Positions 1 to 11,500 of a stretch of DNA of 64,000 nucleotides are shown piece after piece. This DNA is from Ignavibacteriota bacterium (lineage in GTDB: Bacteria > Bacteroidota > Ignavibacteria > UBA10030 > UBA6906): assembly GCA_963801355.1 (NCBI GenBank), contig CAWDEM010000008.1:672001-736000 (forward strand), given 5' to 3'. The stretch's first letter is position 1. Each line of letters begins with the position of its first letter. Both the position numbers and the translations under genes were made by a program. The notes below the pieces were generated by a model. The model had not been told where the DNA came from, did no database searches, and worked only from the letters and a program-made list of their open reading frames with translations.

Positions 1-487
1 CGTGGCGAAGCATCTCCCGGAGGTCTTTGAGGTCCAGCAGAAGGAGCCCGCCATCGTCCGCGATGCGGAAGACCATCGTGAGCACGCCTTCTTGTGTGTC
101 GTTCAGATTCAGCAAACGTGCAAGGAGGAGAGGTCCCATCTCAGAGATCGTCGCGCGTATCGGGTGCCCCTGCTCGCCGAACACATCCCAGAACGTCACG
201 GGGGAGCCGTGGAAATCGAAATCCTTGAGCTGCAACTGCTTGATCCGTTCGAGGATTTTGGGTTTCCCCGTTCCCGCCTGGCTGATGCCGGAGAGGTCCC
301 CCTTCACATCTGCCATAAACACCGGCACACCGATACTGCTGAACTGTTCGGCGATGACTTGAAGAGAAACCGTCTTGCCCGTGCCCGTAGCGCCGGCGAT
401 AAGCCCGTGGCGGTTGGACATTCCGGGCAGAAGGTAGAGCGGGCGATCGCTCTGGGCAATCAGGAGGCCGTTGGAGGTGTCTGACAT
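1..487 (-). CDS. HerA-like P-loop ATPase, YjgR/DUF853 family (partial, runs off the left edge)
   Basis: Not in the ORF track because it lacks a stop in the window. Manual translation from ATG 487: [43 protein letters not shown]...ADVKGDLSG...[24 protein letters not shown]. Walker A plus the YjgR signature. Confidence 0.9.
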   Translation of the reverse strand, partial: MSDTSNGLLIAQSDRPLYLLPGMSNRHGLIAGATGTGKTVSLQVIAEQFSSIGVPVFMADVKGDLSGISQAGTGKPKILERIKQLQLKDFDFHGSPVTFWDVFGEQGHPIRATISEMGPLLLARLLNLNDTQEGVLTMVFRIADDGGLLLLDLKDLREMLRH

Positions 488-584
488 AGAAGACTCACGT
501 TGGTTGTACAGGGAGAACGGGAAGCACTGCCGGAGTGAATATAGCAAATTTCAGTTACAGAAAGCACTCCGGGATCGCCCGCTG

Positions 585-1175
585 TCACTTTTGCTCCTGC
601 AATTCCATCAGCAAGGTGATGTTGATCGTGTCGCCCGCAACCAGACCACCGGCTTCGATTGTCTTGTTCCACTTCACGCCGAAGTCAAAGCGATTAAAGG
701 AACCAGTCGCCCGGAGACCGGCTTTTCGATTCCCTCGCGGATCAGTGATCTGTCCGGCATATTTCGCATCAAGCACAACCGGCTTGGTGACGTCCCGGAT
801 CGTAAGGTCACCGGTAATTTTGTACGTATTTTCCCCGATCTTTTCGAATGACGTGCTCTTAAAGGTGATGAGCGGATACTTCTCGGCGTTCAGGAAGTCG
901 TCCGAACGGAGGTGCTTGTCGCGCATATCGTTTTCCGTATTAATGCTGGACGTCTTGATAGTCGCCTCCAGTGCGCTCCCGGAGAAATCGTCCTTTCCTT
1001 GCTTGAGTGTTACGTCGAAGTCCTTGAAGCCGCCTTCCACTTCGCCAACCACGAGGTGGGAAACCGAGAACTTGACCTGACTGTGCGCGGCATCCTGTTT
1101 CCAGGTTGTCGCCGGGGCAACGCCCGTACCGAGTGCTAAGAAGAAGAGAAGAGAAAGCACGGTGAGTCGTTTCAT
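585..1175 (-). CDS. YceI family polyisoprenoid-binding protein with signal peptide
   Basis: DAAHSQVKFSVSHL, RDKHLRSDDFL, GDLTIRDVTKPV, NRFDFGV motifs. Start at ATG 1175 (MKRLTV) with a GGAG RBS. Confidence 0.93.
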   Translation of the reverse strand: MKRLTVLSLLFFLALGTGVAPATTWKQDAAHSQVKFSVSHLVVGEVEGGFKDFDVTLKQGKDDFSGSALEATIKTSSINTENDMRDKHLRSDDFLNAEKYPLITFKSTSFEKIGENTYKITGDLTIRDVTKPVVLDAKYAGQITDPRGNRKAGLRATGSFNRFDFGVKWNKTIEAGGLVAGDTINITLLMELQEQK

Positions 1176-1279
1176 TGTACATCTCCTGTTGAGGTGTGAG
1201 TTGAAGTAGTGTTGACGTTGAAAAGAATTGTTCATCATTTGCTCCAGGCCCGAGGGCACTTTCAGACTGCGATCCTGAG

Positions 1280-1741
1280 TCAGGAATATCGCTCTTCGAG
1301 GGCACGTCCCAATTTTTTTAGGAGTGCGCCGAGGCGCTCCTGCTCCAATTCAGGAATAACCGAACCGAACTCCGCCATTGCCGATGCATGTTTGGGGAAG
1401 ATTTCGAGAAACAGCTTCTTCCCTTTCGCGGTGAGCCGGGCCACCGTAACGCGGCGATCCTCCGCATGAGCTATGCGTTCCAGCAGACCTTCCCGTTCAA
1501 GGTTGTCGACGATCACCGTCGTATTGGCGCAGCTGATGAGCATTTTACGCGAGAGCTCACCCAGGCTCATTGGGCCGAGGTGTCCGAGCGCTTCCAGAAC
1601 GGCGAATTGCGACGGGGTCACCCCGAAGGACCGGATATTTGCCGCGGAGAGGCGGTTCAACGTGGCAAAGGCGCGTGCAAGCTTGACCCACATCCGCAGC
1701 GCTGTATCCGCTTTCCTGCCATAATGATGATTGTCGCTCAT
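1280..1741 (-). CDS. MarR family transcriptional regulator (MhqR-like)
   Basis: C-terminal part of ORF 1280..2698: GVTPSQFAVLEAL, VDNLEREGL, EDRRV, LTAKGK. ATG 1741 follows an AAGGA RBS. Confidence 0.92.
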   Translation of the reverse strand: MSDNHHYGRKADTALRMWVKLARAFATLNRLSAANIRSFGVTPSQFAVLEALGHLGPMSLGELSRKMLISCANTTVIVDNLEREGLLERIAHAEDRRVTVARLTAKGKKLFLEIFPKHASAMAEFGSVIPELEQERLGALLKKLGRALEERYS

Positions 1742-1888
1742 GGTTTTACAATCCTTTCGACTTGAGATATTACAAACTCTAAATATATAACCCCGCAAAA
1801 GCTCCGGAAGTTCCCTGCGACTTGTTGCGCATGTTGCGTTGCAAATGCCGTCGATTTTTCCGAGATTGCCTCGCGAAAGGAGCCCATC

Positions 1889-2806
1889 ATGACCATTCTT
1901 GTTACCGGCGGCGCCGGATTCATCGGGAGTCATATTGTCGAGTACTTCCAGCGGACGGACGATGTGATTGTGCTGGACAGCCTGCGTTCGGGCTTCAAGC
2001 AGAATATCGATCCGTTCAGGGTCCGGTTCATCCACGGCAGTGTCACCGACGGCACGCTCGTCGACGACATTATGCGCGGCGTGGACTATGTCTTTCACCT
2101 GGCGGCGCTGGTGAGCGTTCCGGAATCGATGGAAAAGCCGGGGGATACCGTGGAGATCAACGTGCAGGGGACGCTCCACGTGCTTGAGGCGGCGCGCGCA
2201 CACAAGGTCAAGAAAGTCGTCATTTCCTCTTCCGCGGCAATCTACGGCGACAACCCAAGCGTGCCGAAGGTCGAGAGCATGTTGCCGGAGCCCCGGAGTC
2301 CGTATGCAATCACCAAACTGGACGACGAATATTACGGAGGGATGTTCGCCGCGGATTTCGGCCTGCCGGTTGCGTGCCTGCGCTACTTCAACGTCTTCGG
2401 GCCGCGCCAGAACCCCCAATCGCAATACGCCGCGGCAGTACCGATTTTCATCGCCCGATGCCTGCGGGGTGAGGAGATTGTCATTTACGGGGATGGGGAG
2501 CAGACACGCGACTTTGTCTATGTGAAAGACATTGTTGCGGCAAACGTGCTCGCCGCAACGTCGGGAATGACCGGCGTGTACAACGTGGCGAACGGGCGGA
2601 GTGTCAGCATCAACGCGCTTGCGGAATTGATCGTGAGGCTCACCGGCGCGAACGTGCGGGTCAGGCACGCCCCGGTCCGTGCAGGTGATGTGAAACATTC
2701 GCTTGCTGATGTCAGCCGGATGCAGAGCACCGGCTTCGTACCGCGCACGTCGCTCGAAGAAGGACTACAGCAGACGATCGAGGCGATGCGACACCGGAGG
2801 AGCTGA
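1889..2806 (+). CDS. NAD-dependent epimerase/dehydratase (UDP-sugar 4-epimerase-like)
   Basis: TGGAGFIGSH, SSSAAIYG, YAITK, RYFNVFGP, GDGEQTRDFVYV; AAGGAG RBS. Confidence 0.93.
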   Translation: MTILVTGGAGFIGSHIVEYFQRTDDVIVLDSLRSGFKQNIDPFRVRFIHGSVTDGTLVDDIMRGVDYVFHLAALVSVPESMEKPGDTVEINVQGTLHVLEAARAHKVKKVVISSSAAIYGDNPSVPKVESMLPEPRSPYAITKLDDEYYGGMFAADFGLPVACLRYFNVFGPRQNPQSQYAAAVPIFIARCLRGEEIVIYGDGEQTRDFVYVKDIVAANVLAATSGMTGVYNVANGRSVSINALAELIVRLTGANVRVRHAPVRAGDVKHSLADVSRMQSTGFVPRTSLEEGLQQTIEAMRHRRS

Positions 2807-2831
2807 CCGTTCCTCCGGTGTTACATGCTGT

Positions 2832-5597
2832 TCAGGAGTGTTGTGCCCGGCGGCCACGCCCGGTCCGGTTCCGCCGCGACAACTTCAGCACTTCTGCTGC
2901 GGCAAACACGCAGATGGCGACCACCAGCGCCGCCCCGAAATCCCGCAATTCCAGCGGTCCTGTCTGGAAGGGCACCTGCAACGCCGGGACGTACAGCACC
3001 AGCGCGGTGAGAACGCATGTGAGAGCCATCCCGCCGAGCAGCGCCCGGTTGGTCTTGCGGCGCGATGTGAATGCGGACTCTGCCAGCGAGCGGCAGTTCA
3101 ACGCATTCATCAGTCTGGCCGCAATCAAAGATGCAAAGAAAAGGCTCATCGCTTCCCGGTGAGGATAGTGCCAGACCTCCACCGCCACCGTAAACACCCC
3201 CAGCGTTGCCAGACCGATCACCGTGCCCAGCGTGGCGATGTAGACATAGGACCAGGAGTTGAGCATCCCTTCCTTGATGGGTCGCGGGCGGTGTCGCATA
3301 ATACCGGGTTCGGGCGGCTCGACGCCCAGGGAAATCGCTATCAGTCCATCCATGATGAAATTAATGAACAGCACTTGCACGGCGGCCAGCGGCAACGGGA
3401 GTCCAGCCAGCAACGCGATCACAAGAGCCAGCACGGTGCCCATGTTGCCGCTCAGGAGGAAGACAAGGTATTTGCGGATGTTCATGAAAATGCTCCGCCC
3501 CTCTTCGATCGCGCGCACAATGGTCGCGAAGTTGTCGTCCGTGAGGATCATATCGGAAGCTTCTTTGCTGACGTCCGTGCCCGTGAGCCCCATGGCGATG
3601 CCGATGTCGGCACGTTTGAGCGCGGGGGCGTCGTTGACCCCATCGCCCGTCATTGCCACAACGCTGCCCTGCGAAAGAAATGCATTCACGATGCGCAGCT
3701 TGTGGTCAGGGGCTATCCGGGCGAAGATGTCGGTGGTGGCGATTTTTTCCTCGAGCTCCGCGTCCGTCAGGGTTGACATTTCCTGCCCGGTCAGCACACC
3801 GCCGTGTTTCAGAATGCCCAGCTCCTTGCCGACCGAAATCGCCGTCAGCTTGTGATCCCCCGTAATCATCACGGGGCGGATGCCCGCATGCTCGCATTTC
3901 AGGATGGCATCTTTCACCTCCGGTCGCACGGGATCCTGCATTGCCATCAAACCCAGGAAGACGAGTCCTTCTTCGGGATTTGCGTTGAATTCAACGGGAT
4001 GATGTGAGGATGCGAGGGCCAGCACACGCAGCCCCCCGGCCGCCAGAGCGTGTCCGCTTGCCACAATTTTCGCCCGGTTTTCTTCGGTCAGCGGCCTCGG
4101 CCCTTCGGTCGTATACACTCCCACACAGTACCCGAGCAGCACTTCCGGAGCGCCCTTGCTGCAGACGAGTGTGCCGTTGCCATCCCGGTGCACAGAAGTC
4201 ATCCTTTTGGTTTCGGAACTGAACGGAATCTCGTACACGCGCGGGTGCTGTTCCCGCAGTGCGCGCAGATCCATGCCGCCTTTTGCCGCAGCGACCAACA
4301 GCGCGCCTTCCGTAGCATCACCCAGCATTTCCCACCTGCCTTTTTCCTCATGGCGCTGCAGGACTGCGTCATTGCAGAGGGCTGCGGTACGGAGCAGCTC
4401 CCGCAGTTCGGAATCCGTGTGGATGTTCAGGAGGGCTCCGTTTGCCTTGAACTCTCCTTTCGGCTCATACCCGGTGCCGGACACTTCGATCAGCCGGTCG
4501 CCGGTCACGATACGGCGCACCGTCATTTCGTTCTGCGTGAGCGTTCCGGTCTTGTCGGAACAGATCACCGAGGTTGAGCCGAGAGTCTCCACCGCATCCA
4601 GTTTCCGGATGAGTGCCTTTCGTTCCGCCATGCGGCGTACGCCGAGGGCGAGTGTAATCGTCATCACGGCAGGGAGCGCTTCAGGGATCACCGCCACGGC
4701 GATCGCGACACCCCAGACAAACATTTCCACGAGCCCATAGCCCTGCAGGACGCCGAGTGCGCTCATGGCGGTGGCAAGGACGATTGAAAAGATCCCCAGG
4801 TTGCGTCCGAGAGTGTCCAGATTTGCCTGCAGCGGAGTCTGCCGCTGGGTTGTAGTCTGAAGGAGCGAGGCGATTCTTCCGATTTCGGTGTCGAGGCCGG
4901 TCGCCACGACCACTGCGGCTCCGCGGCCATATTGAATCGTCGTTGCGGTATAGACCATGTTTGTGCGGTCGCCGACCTGTGCGGCGGTGTCCAGCACCGC
5001 GGTGGGATCCTTTTCCGCCGGACGGGATTCGCCCGTGAGCATCGACTCGTTGATTGTCAGGTTCATCGACTCGATCAGCCGTGCGTCGGCAGGGATGGCA
5101 TCGCCGGTTTTCAGGATGATCGTATCTCCGGGCACGAGATCCCTGGCGGGGATCATCATTTCGATGTCATCTCTGAGCACCGTGGCCTGCGGAACGGAGA
5201 GCTTCTGGAGGGCTTCCAGGGCCTCCTCTGCCTTGTACTCCTGTATGAATCCGACGACCCCCGCGAGTATGACGATGATGATGATGGCAAGGGCTTCCAC
5301 CATTTCGCCCATTGCCCCCGAGATGACAGCGGCAACGATCAGCACCACGATCAGGACACTGAAGAACTGTCGCGCAAACAGAAGGAGAACCGAATCCTTT
5401 TTCGGCGGAGGGAGCTCATTGAAGCCCGTCCTGCTACGGACTTCGACCACCTGCTTGGATGTGAGTCCGTGTGGTGAGGCATGGAGGCGGTTCAGAGCCT
5501 CCTGCACCGCAAGGGAGTGCCATGCGACGGGTTGCTGAGCCGCCGTGGGTGCTATTGTGGACACACTGGAATGGCGTTGCGCGGCCACGTCGCTCAT
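2832..5597 (-). CDS. P-type IIA cation (Ca2+) transporting ATPase
   Basis: TGES, PEAL, DKTGTLT, KGAPE, MITGDH and [11 protein letters not shown] motifs; multiple TM helices. Confidence 0.95.
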   Translation of the reverse strand: MSDVAAQRHSSVSTIAPTAAQQPVAWHSLAVQEALNRLHASPHGLTSKQVVEVRSRTGFNELPPPKKDSVLLLFARQFFSVLIVVLIVAAVISGAMGEMVEALAIIIIVILAGVVGFIQEYKAEEALEALQKLSVPQATVLRDDIEMMIPARDLVPGDTIILKTGDAIPADARLIESMNLTINESMLTGESRPAEKDPTAVLDTAAQVGDRTNMVYTATTIQYGRGAAVVVATGLDTEIGRIASLLQTTTQRQTPLQANLDTLGRNLGIFSIVLATAMSALGVLQGYGLVEMFVWGVAIAVAVIPEALPAVMTITLALGVRRMAERKALIRKLDAVETLGSTSVICSDKTGTLTQNEMTVRRIVTGDRLIEVSGTGYEPKGEFKANGALLNIHTDSELRELLRTAALCNDAVLQRHEEKGRWEMLGDATEGALLVAAAKGGMDLRALREQHPRVYEIPFSSETKRMTSVHRDGNGTLVCSKGAPEVLLGYCVGVYTTEGPRPLTEENRAKIVASGHALAAGGLRVLALASSHHPVEFNANPEEGLVFLGLMAMQDPVRPEVKDAILKCEHAGIRPVMITGDHKLTAISVGKELGILKHGGVLTGQEMSTLTDAELEEKIATTDIFARIAPDHKLRIVNAFLSQGSVVAMTGDGVNDAPALKRADIGIAMGLTGTDVSKEASDMILTDDNFATIVRAIEEGRSIFMNIRKYLVFLLSGNMGTVLALVIALLAGLPLPLAAVQVLFINFIMDGLIAISLGVEPPEPGIMRHRPRPIKEGMLNSWSYVYIATLGTVIGLATLGVFTVAVEVWHYPHREAMSLFFASLIAARLMNALNCRSLAESAFTSRRKTNRALLGGMALTCVLTALVLYVPALQVPFQTGPLELRDFGAALVVAICVFAAAEVLKLSRRNRTGRGRRAQHS

Positions 5598-6445
5598 GAA
5601 ACCGCCTGACCGTGGGCCATTGCCTCGAGCCGTGCAATGCGCTCCTCCATCGGAGGATGCGTGCTGAAGAGTTTAGCAATTCCGCCAGCGCTGAGCGGAT
5701 TCACGATAAACATGTGTGCGGTCGACGGCGATGCGTTCATCGGGATCTGGTGGGCCCGCGTCTCGAGCTTCCGCAGCGCATTTGCCAGGGAGAGCGGATT
5801 CCCCGCCATGTTCGCGCCACCTTCGTCTGCCAGGAATTCCCTTGAGCGGGATATCGCCATCTGGATCAACATTGCCGCGAAGGGGGCCACGAGCATCATC
5901 ACCAGGCCGACGGCCGGACTCCCGCCTCCGCGATCGCTGGAGCTCCGCCCGCCCCCGAACATCATCCCCATATGCCCGAGCATGCTAATTGCGCCGGCCA
6001 TCGTCGCGGCGACGGTGCCGATGAGTATGTCCCTGTGTTTGACGTGGGAGAGTTCGTGTCCCAGCACGCCGCGCAGTTCGTCACGGGAAAGGATATTCAC
6101 AATTCCCTTCGTTACGGCCACCGCCGCGTGCTCCGGATTCCTACCGGTTGCGAAGGCATTCGGTTGATCACCGTCGATCAGGTAGAGTTTTGGCATGGGC
6201 AACCCTGCCTTGCCGGTCAACTCCTGCACGGTCTGATACAGCTCCGGCGCATCCGACTGGCTGATTTCCTGCCCTCCGTACATGCGCAGGACGATCTTGT
6301 CGCTGAACCAGTAGCTCCCGAAATTCATTACCACTGCCATGATGAAGGCAACCAGCATGCCGCTCTGTCCGCCGATGAGATTGCCTACAACGACGAGCAG
6401 GACGGTGAGTATGCCCATGAGCAGGAAAGTCTTCATTGTGTTCAT
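5594..6445 (-). CDS. htpX: Zinc metalloprotease HtpX (M48)
   Basis: [30 protein letters not shown]. Confidence 0.95.
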   Translation of the reverse strand: MNTMKTFLLMGILTVLLVVVGNLIGGQSGMLVAFIMAVVMNFGSYWFSDKIVLRMYGGQEISQSDAPELYQTVQELTGKAGLPMPKLYLIDGDQPNAFATGRNPEHAAVAVTKGIVNILSRDELRGVLGHELSHVKHRDILIGTVAATMAGAISMLGHMGMMFGGGRSSSDRGGGSPAVGLVMMLVAPFAAMLIQMAISRSREFLADEGGANMAGNPLSLANALRKLETRAHQIPMNASPSTAHMFIVNPLSAGGIAKLFSTHPPMEERIARLEAMAHGQAVS

Positions 6446-6579
6446 TTTCGTACCTTTCCTCTGGAAAATTTGCAGAGCAATTGCATTGTCAGAAGGTCCT
6501 CAGAATGAGTTTCCCGTTGTCCGGATTGGACATACAACATCCATGACACTTGGGGAGTTCTTGGGATCTGCAATAGTCC

Positions 6580-6608
6580 AAAATACAGGTTTCTCTCGAG
6601 GCATGCAA
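6580..6608 (-). promoter_or_regulatory. Putative sigma70 promoter for the htpX-ATPase operon
   Basis: TTGCAT-N17-TATTTT on the minus strand. Confidence 0.5.
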
Positions 6609-6683
6609 GAATTGGATGAGGTCCGTAGACCTCTCCCGCAGGCCGTGATGGAGGCATTGCATCAACGTCGGACATGAAGGGTA

Positions 6684-7340
6684 TTATGCTAATGTCTTGA
6701 ACGTAAACGTGATATCTTTTTCGAGTTCAATCACGACATAGTATCCCTCCCTGACAGAACCGCAGTTTACCATTCTGCTGACACCAATCGCGTCTTCACC
6801 CGCGGACTCATGTATGTGTCCGCAGATGACCAGGTCGGGCCGGCGGGATTCGATGAAATCCCTTACTGCACGACTCCCGACATGCTTTCCGCTTCTCACC
6901 CTGTCGAGTTTGGTGTCGTACGGAGGGGCGTGAGGCACGAACACCTTTCTGGGAGCATCAGCGACATCAGCGAATCCCTTCTCGGCAAGCGCAAGAATCT
7001 CCTCTTCTGCGATCTCAAAAGGGGTATGGAGGAACGAATGTGGCCCGCCGGAAACCCCGAAGAACCCTGCATCCTTGATACGCACCCCCTTGCCGTTAAT
7101 GCTGATTTTCGCTGCGGCAAAGCCCGCTTCGATTTCACGAGTGTCCATGTTGCCCGCCACAGCCAGGACGGGCTCCGTAATGGCCCGAAACCCGGCAAGA
7201 GCGTCGAGGGCCTCCTCCCTGGTGCCGAAAGTCGTGAGATCACCTGCCATGACCACGAGGTCGATCCCCTGCTCCGCGCGCAGGATCCGTTTCGCGAGTT
7301 CGTAGGCACCATGGATATCGGACAGGGCAAGTATGCGCAT
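6684..7340 (-). CDS. Calcineurin-like metallophosphoesterase
   Basis: SDIHG, AGD, GNMD, HAPP, GHIHE. Confidence 0.92.
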   Translation of the reverse strand: MRILALSDIHGAYELAKRILRAEQGIDLVVMAGDLTTFGTREEALDALAGFRAITEPVLAVAGNMDTREIEAGFAAAKISINGKGVRIKDAGFFGVSGGPHSFLHTPFEIAEEEILALAEKGFADVADAPRKVFVPHAPPYDTKLDRVRSGKHVGSRAVRDFIESRRPDLVICGHIHESAGEDAIGVSRMVNCGSVREGYYVVIELEKDITFTFKTLA

Positions 7341-7406
7341 AGCTTGAATCCTGAATGGATGCGTCGTAGATTGAGGGGTCCTCAGGCAATAGTTACAGGA
7401 AGCACT

Positions 7407-8177
7407 ATGCTGGCGTTCTTACGGGATTTGTGGATCTGGGCTGCGATCATCGTGCTGATCGTGCTCTGGCTACCCTTACTGGCGATCGTGCGCATGTGCG
7501 ACCGGGATCCCGCCGTGTACTCCACAGGAAGGTGGTTCCGGCGCCTCGGCGCGGCCATGACGCGGGTGAACCCGGCATGGAAAATCACAATTCGAGGTCT
7601 GCCGCAGCGCTACGTGCGAAAGCCAGCGGTCGTTGTGAGCAACCATCAGTCGCTGGCAGACATCCCGGTGCTTTCACGGCTGCCATGGGAGATGAAATGG
7701 GTGGCAAAGCGGGAGCTCTTCCGTCTGCCGGTTGTAGGGTGGATGATGAGGCTTGCCGGAGACATCTCCCTGGAGCGGGGTGACGCCCGGAGCGGCGCAC
7801 GGGTGCTCGTACATGCAGGCCGCTATTTGAGAAACAACTGCCCCGTCATCATTTTTCCTGAAGGCACCCGATCGCCTGACGGCCTGGTGGGCAACTTCAC
7901 CGATGGAGCATTCCACCTGGCCATTGCCGCCCAGGTTCCCATACTTCCGGTAAGCGTCGAGGGGACCAGCAATGCTTTGCCAAAGAAGAGCTGGCGATTC
8001 CGCGATACTGCCCGAATTACGGTGACGGTGTTTCCGGAAGTCTCCACCGCCGGGCTCAGCCGTGCCGACCTCCCCGCTCTGCGCGACAGGGTCCGTGCCA
8101 TCATTTGCGAGAGCATCGCAGCATCGCGGGGTGTCCCCCCCGCTTCCGTCGACGCCGCCTCCCACCCATCACCCTAG
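7407..8177 (+). CDS. plsC: 1-acyl-sn-glycerol-3-phosphate acyltransferase
   Basis: NHQSLAD (HX4D), FPEGTRS; N-terminal TM helix. Start taken at ATG 7407 inside ORF 6810..8177. Confidence 0.88.
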   Translation: MLAFLRDLWIWAAIIVLIVLWLPLLAIVRMCDRDPAVYSTGRWFRRLGAAMTRVNPAWKITIRGLPQRYVRKPAVVVSNHQSLADIPVLSRLPWEMKWVAKRELFRLPVVGWMMRLAGDISLERGDARSGARVLVHAGRYLRNNCPVIIFPEGTRSPDGLVGNFTDGAFHLAIAAQVPILPVSVEGTSNALPKKSWRFRDTARITVTVFPEVSTAGLSRADLPALRDRVRAIICESIAASRGVPPASVDAASHPSP

Positions 8178-8492
8178 ATATGGCTTGAGTTTGTCCAGCA
8201 GCGCCCTTTTCGGCATCGCACCGATGAGTTGCTCCACTACCTTGCCCCCCTTGAAGATCATGAGCGTGGGGATGCTGCGGATGCCGAACTTCATCGAGGT
8301 TTCGGGATTGTTGTCCACGTCGACCTTCACCACCTTAATCTTACCGTCATACTCCGTACCGATCTCTTCCACGACCGGGGCGATCATCTTGCACGGGCCG
8401 CACCAGACGGCCCAGAAATCGACCAGCACCGGGACGTCCGACTTCAGCACCGCCGAATCGAAACTTGCATCCGTTACCTCAATTGGCTTCAT
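8169..8492 (-). CDS. trxA: Thioredoxin
   Basis: [17 protein letters not shown]; directly downstream of dnaE. Confidence 0.97.
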   Translation of the reverse strand: MKPIEVTDASFDSAVLKSDVPVLVDFWAVWCGPCKMIAPVVEEIGTEYDGKIKVVKVDVDNNPETSMKFGIRSIPTLMIFKGGKVVEQLIGAMPKRALLDKLKPYLG

Positions 8493-8507
8493 GGTATCTC
8501 CTTGTGT

Positions 8508-11500
8508 TCATGACCGGGTCGACAGATCCCCGATGAATCGTACGCTGTGATCTCCCAGAAGGAGCTTTGCTCCCTCCTGAAATTGCTCCGTCGGATCCAC
8601 TCTGTAGCGGGGTGAATGAAACATGCTCGGCCGTTGCTGCTTGCCCTCGAGCGAGATGTAGCACGGGCAGTTTCCTGGATGTTGTTCCAGCAATACCCTC
8701 AGATCGTGAATTGCCTGTTCGCGGACGCCATCGACGTTGATGGAGAGAATGACGCTCCGCGTGAACTTCTCCTTGACTTTGCTGATGGGGTACACTTCGT
8801 TCACCAGAACGCGCAGCTGATCGCCGTTGAGTTCTCCCTTCCCCACGACCATGACAATGGCATCCGGGATGAGCAGATGTTGGTACTTCGTGTACGGGTC
8901 GGAGAAGACGATGCACTCACACTTTCCGGTGAAATCCTCGATCGCCACGAACGCCATCATGTTATTGCGCCGGTCGGGCTTCCTCCGGACCGAGGTGACG
9001 ATGCCGCACGCGCGCACCGTTGCGTTGGCTTTCAATTCGCCCACCTCGCCCAGGTGGACGGTCGCGAACTGCTTGATCTCATCTTCATATTTCAGGAGCG
9101 GGTGGCCCGAGACGTAGAGGCCCACAACGGACTTCTCCTTCGCCAGTTTCTCCGACTCGTTCCAGGGTGCAGCGTCACCGAGCGGAGGGTAGCTCACATG
9201 TGTGGTGCTCTCATCGCCGAAGCCGAACAGGCTCTCCTGGCCGGTCGCGCTGTGGCTCTGCGACATCTGTCCGAACTGCATTGCACGGTCCACATTGTCC
9301 AACAGCAGTGCGCGGTGCCCGGGGAGTGAGTCGAACGCGCCGGCCTGGATCAGGCTCTCGAGACACTTGCGATTCACCAGGTGGAGGTCGACGCGCAAGC
9401 AAAAATCAAACAGATTCTTGAACGGACCGTCCGCGCGGCGGGCATGCACCACGTTGTCGATTGCGCTCTCTCCAACGTTCTTGATTGCCACCAGGCCGAA
9501 GCGGATGGATCCGTTCACCACGGCAAAATCCTTTCCGCTTTCGTTTACGTCCGGCGGAAGAACACGGAGTGCGCTGTGGCGGCAATCGTCGATCAAAGGG
9601 GGGATCTTGTCTGTGTTGCCGATTTCCGACGTCAGGGTTGAGGCCATGTATTCCGCGGGATAGTGTGCCTTCAGGTACGCAGTCTGGTAGGCGATCACCG
9701 AGTAGGCGACACTGTGCGATTTGTTGAAGCCGTACGAAGCGAACTTCTCGATGAGGTCAAAGATTTCTTCTGCAGGGCGTTTGTCCATCCCGCGACTCAC
9801 AGCGCCCTCGACAAACTCTTTTTTCATATTCGCCATGAGGTCTTTGTCCTTCTTACCCATGGCACGCCGCATGAGATCCGCCTTGGCCAGTGAAAAGCCG
9901 GCGACTCCGCTGGCGATTTTCATCACCTGCTCCTGGTATACGATAACGCCGTAAGTCTCCTTCAGAATCGGTTCCAGGGTCGGATGGGCGTATTTGATCG
10001 CCTGCAGGCCGTGTTTGCGGGAGATGAAATCCCCGATCATCTCCATCGGACCGGGCCGGTAGAGGGCGTTCATGGCGACGAGGTCGCTGATGCAGGTCGG
10101 CTTCAGCTTGCGCAGCCAGTCGCGCATACCCGTACTTTCAAACTGGAAGACCGCGACCGTGTCGCCCCGGGAGAACAGGGCGAATGTATTCTGATCATCT
10201 TCCGGGATCGCATCCAGATCGATTGCCACGTTGTGGTTTTCCCGGATCATGCGCAGGGCGTTCTCCATCACGGAGAGTGTCCGGAGCCCCAGGAAATCCA
10301 TCTTCAGGAGTCCCGCCTTTTCGAGGTCCTTCATATTGTACTGCGTCATCACCTCGGTGGTCGGCGTTTTGTAGAGCGGGACATAGTCCGAAATAGAGCC
10401 GGGAGCGATCACAACGCCGGCCGCATGCATACCTGCATTGCGGTTCAATCCCTCCAGTGCCAGGGAAGCGGAGACCAGTATCCGTATCTTTTCGTCGGCG
10501 CTTTCCTTCACCCATTTGAGGTCGGGGATAGTCTCAAGGGCGTCTTTGAGCGGTCGGACCTTCCCCTGCTCCACGGGGATCTGTTTGGTGATAGACTCGA
10601 TCGTGCTGAGAGGGATGCCCAGCACCCGTCCGACGTCTTTGAGCACGGCCCGCGCGGAGAGGGTGCCGAAGGTAATGATTTGCGAAACTGAATCAGCGCC
10701 GTACTTGTCACGCACGTACTGAATCACCTTTTCCCGTTTGTCATCGGCGAAATCCACGTCAATATCGGGCATGCTGATGCGGTCGGGGTTGAGGAAGCGC
10801 TCGAACAGGAGATCATATTTCAGCGGGTCAACGTTGGTTATGCGCAGCGAGTAGGAGACGATGCTCCCGGCAGCACTTCCGCGTCCCGGGCCCACGGCGA
10901 CGCCCATTTCGCGTGCTGCGCGGATAAAATCCTGAACAATGAGAAAATAGCCCGCGTACCCCATTTTCTTGATGACATCGATCTCATGCTCCAGGCGTTG
11001 CAGCATCTCGGGCGTCTGCTGGGCGTAGCGCTCCGAGAAGCCCTTTCGGGCAAGCTGCTCGAAGAAATCATCCAGCGTCTCGGCGCCGGAATCCGCCGGT
11101 ATCGGGAACTGGGGCATCTTGTTCCCTTTGAGCGAGAGCTCCAGATTGCACTTCTCGGCAATCTCGAGGGTCGAGGAAATGGCCTCAGGAAAATCTCTGA
11201 AGAGATCGGTCATCTCCTTGGTAGACTTAAAGTACGCCTGATCCGTCTGATATCGCAGTTTAGCATAATCCTGTGTCGTCCCGGCGGTTGAATCCGGGAT
11301 GAGAAGGAGGATGTTGTGGGCAATGGCGTGATCGTGGCTGATGTAGTGGATATCGTTCGTGCAGACCAGCTTGAGTCCCAGTTCTTTTGCCAGCTTCGGA
11401 GCTTTTCTGCGGACCACCGCTTCGCGGTCTATGCCATGATCCTGGATCTCGATGTAGAAATCCTCGCCAAAGATATCCTTGTAGATCTCCGCCGCCTCGT

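Noticed and set aside
2-484. 160-aa plus-strand ORF
   Set aside because: Antisense shadow of the minus-strand YjgR-like ATPase, which has clear motifs.
1131-1139. GAGTGCTAA, a CIRCE half-site
   Set aside because: The partner half is absent and it lies inside the YceI coding sequence.
1742-2698. Apparent 318-aa N-terminal extension of MarR
   Set aside because: It is the antisense of the epimerase; MarR has its own RBS at 1741.
6442-6675. 77-aa ORF, or a yybP-ykoY riboswitch upstream of htpX
   Set aside because: The ORF has no recognisable features and spans the predicted promoter. The GGGGAGT motif is on the wrong strand for a yybP-ykoY leader.
6810-7406. Long N-terminal extension of PlsC
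   Set aside because: Antisense to the metallophosphoesterase gene.
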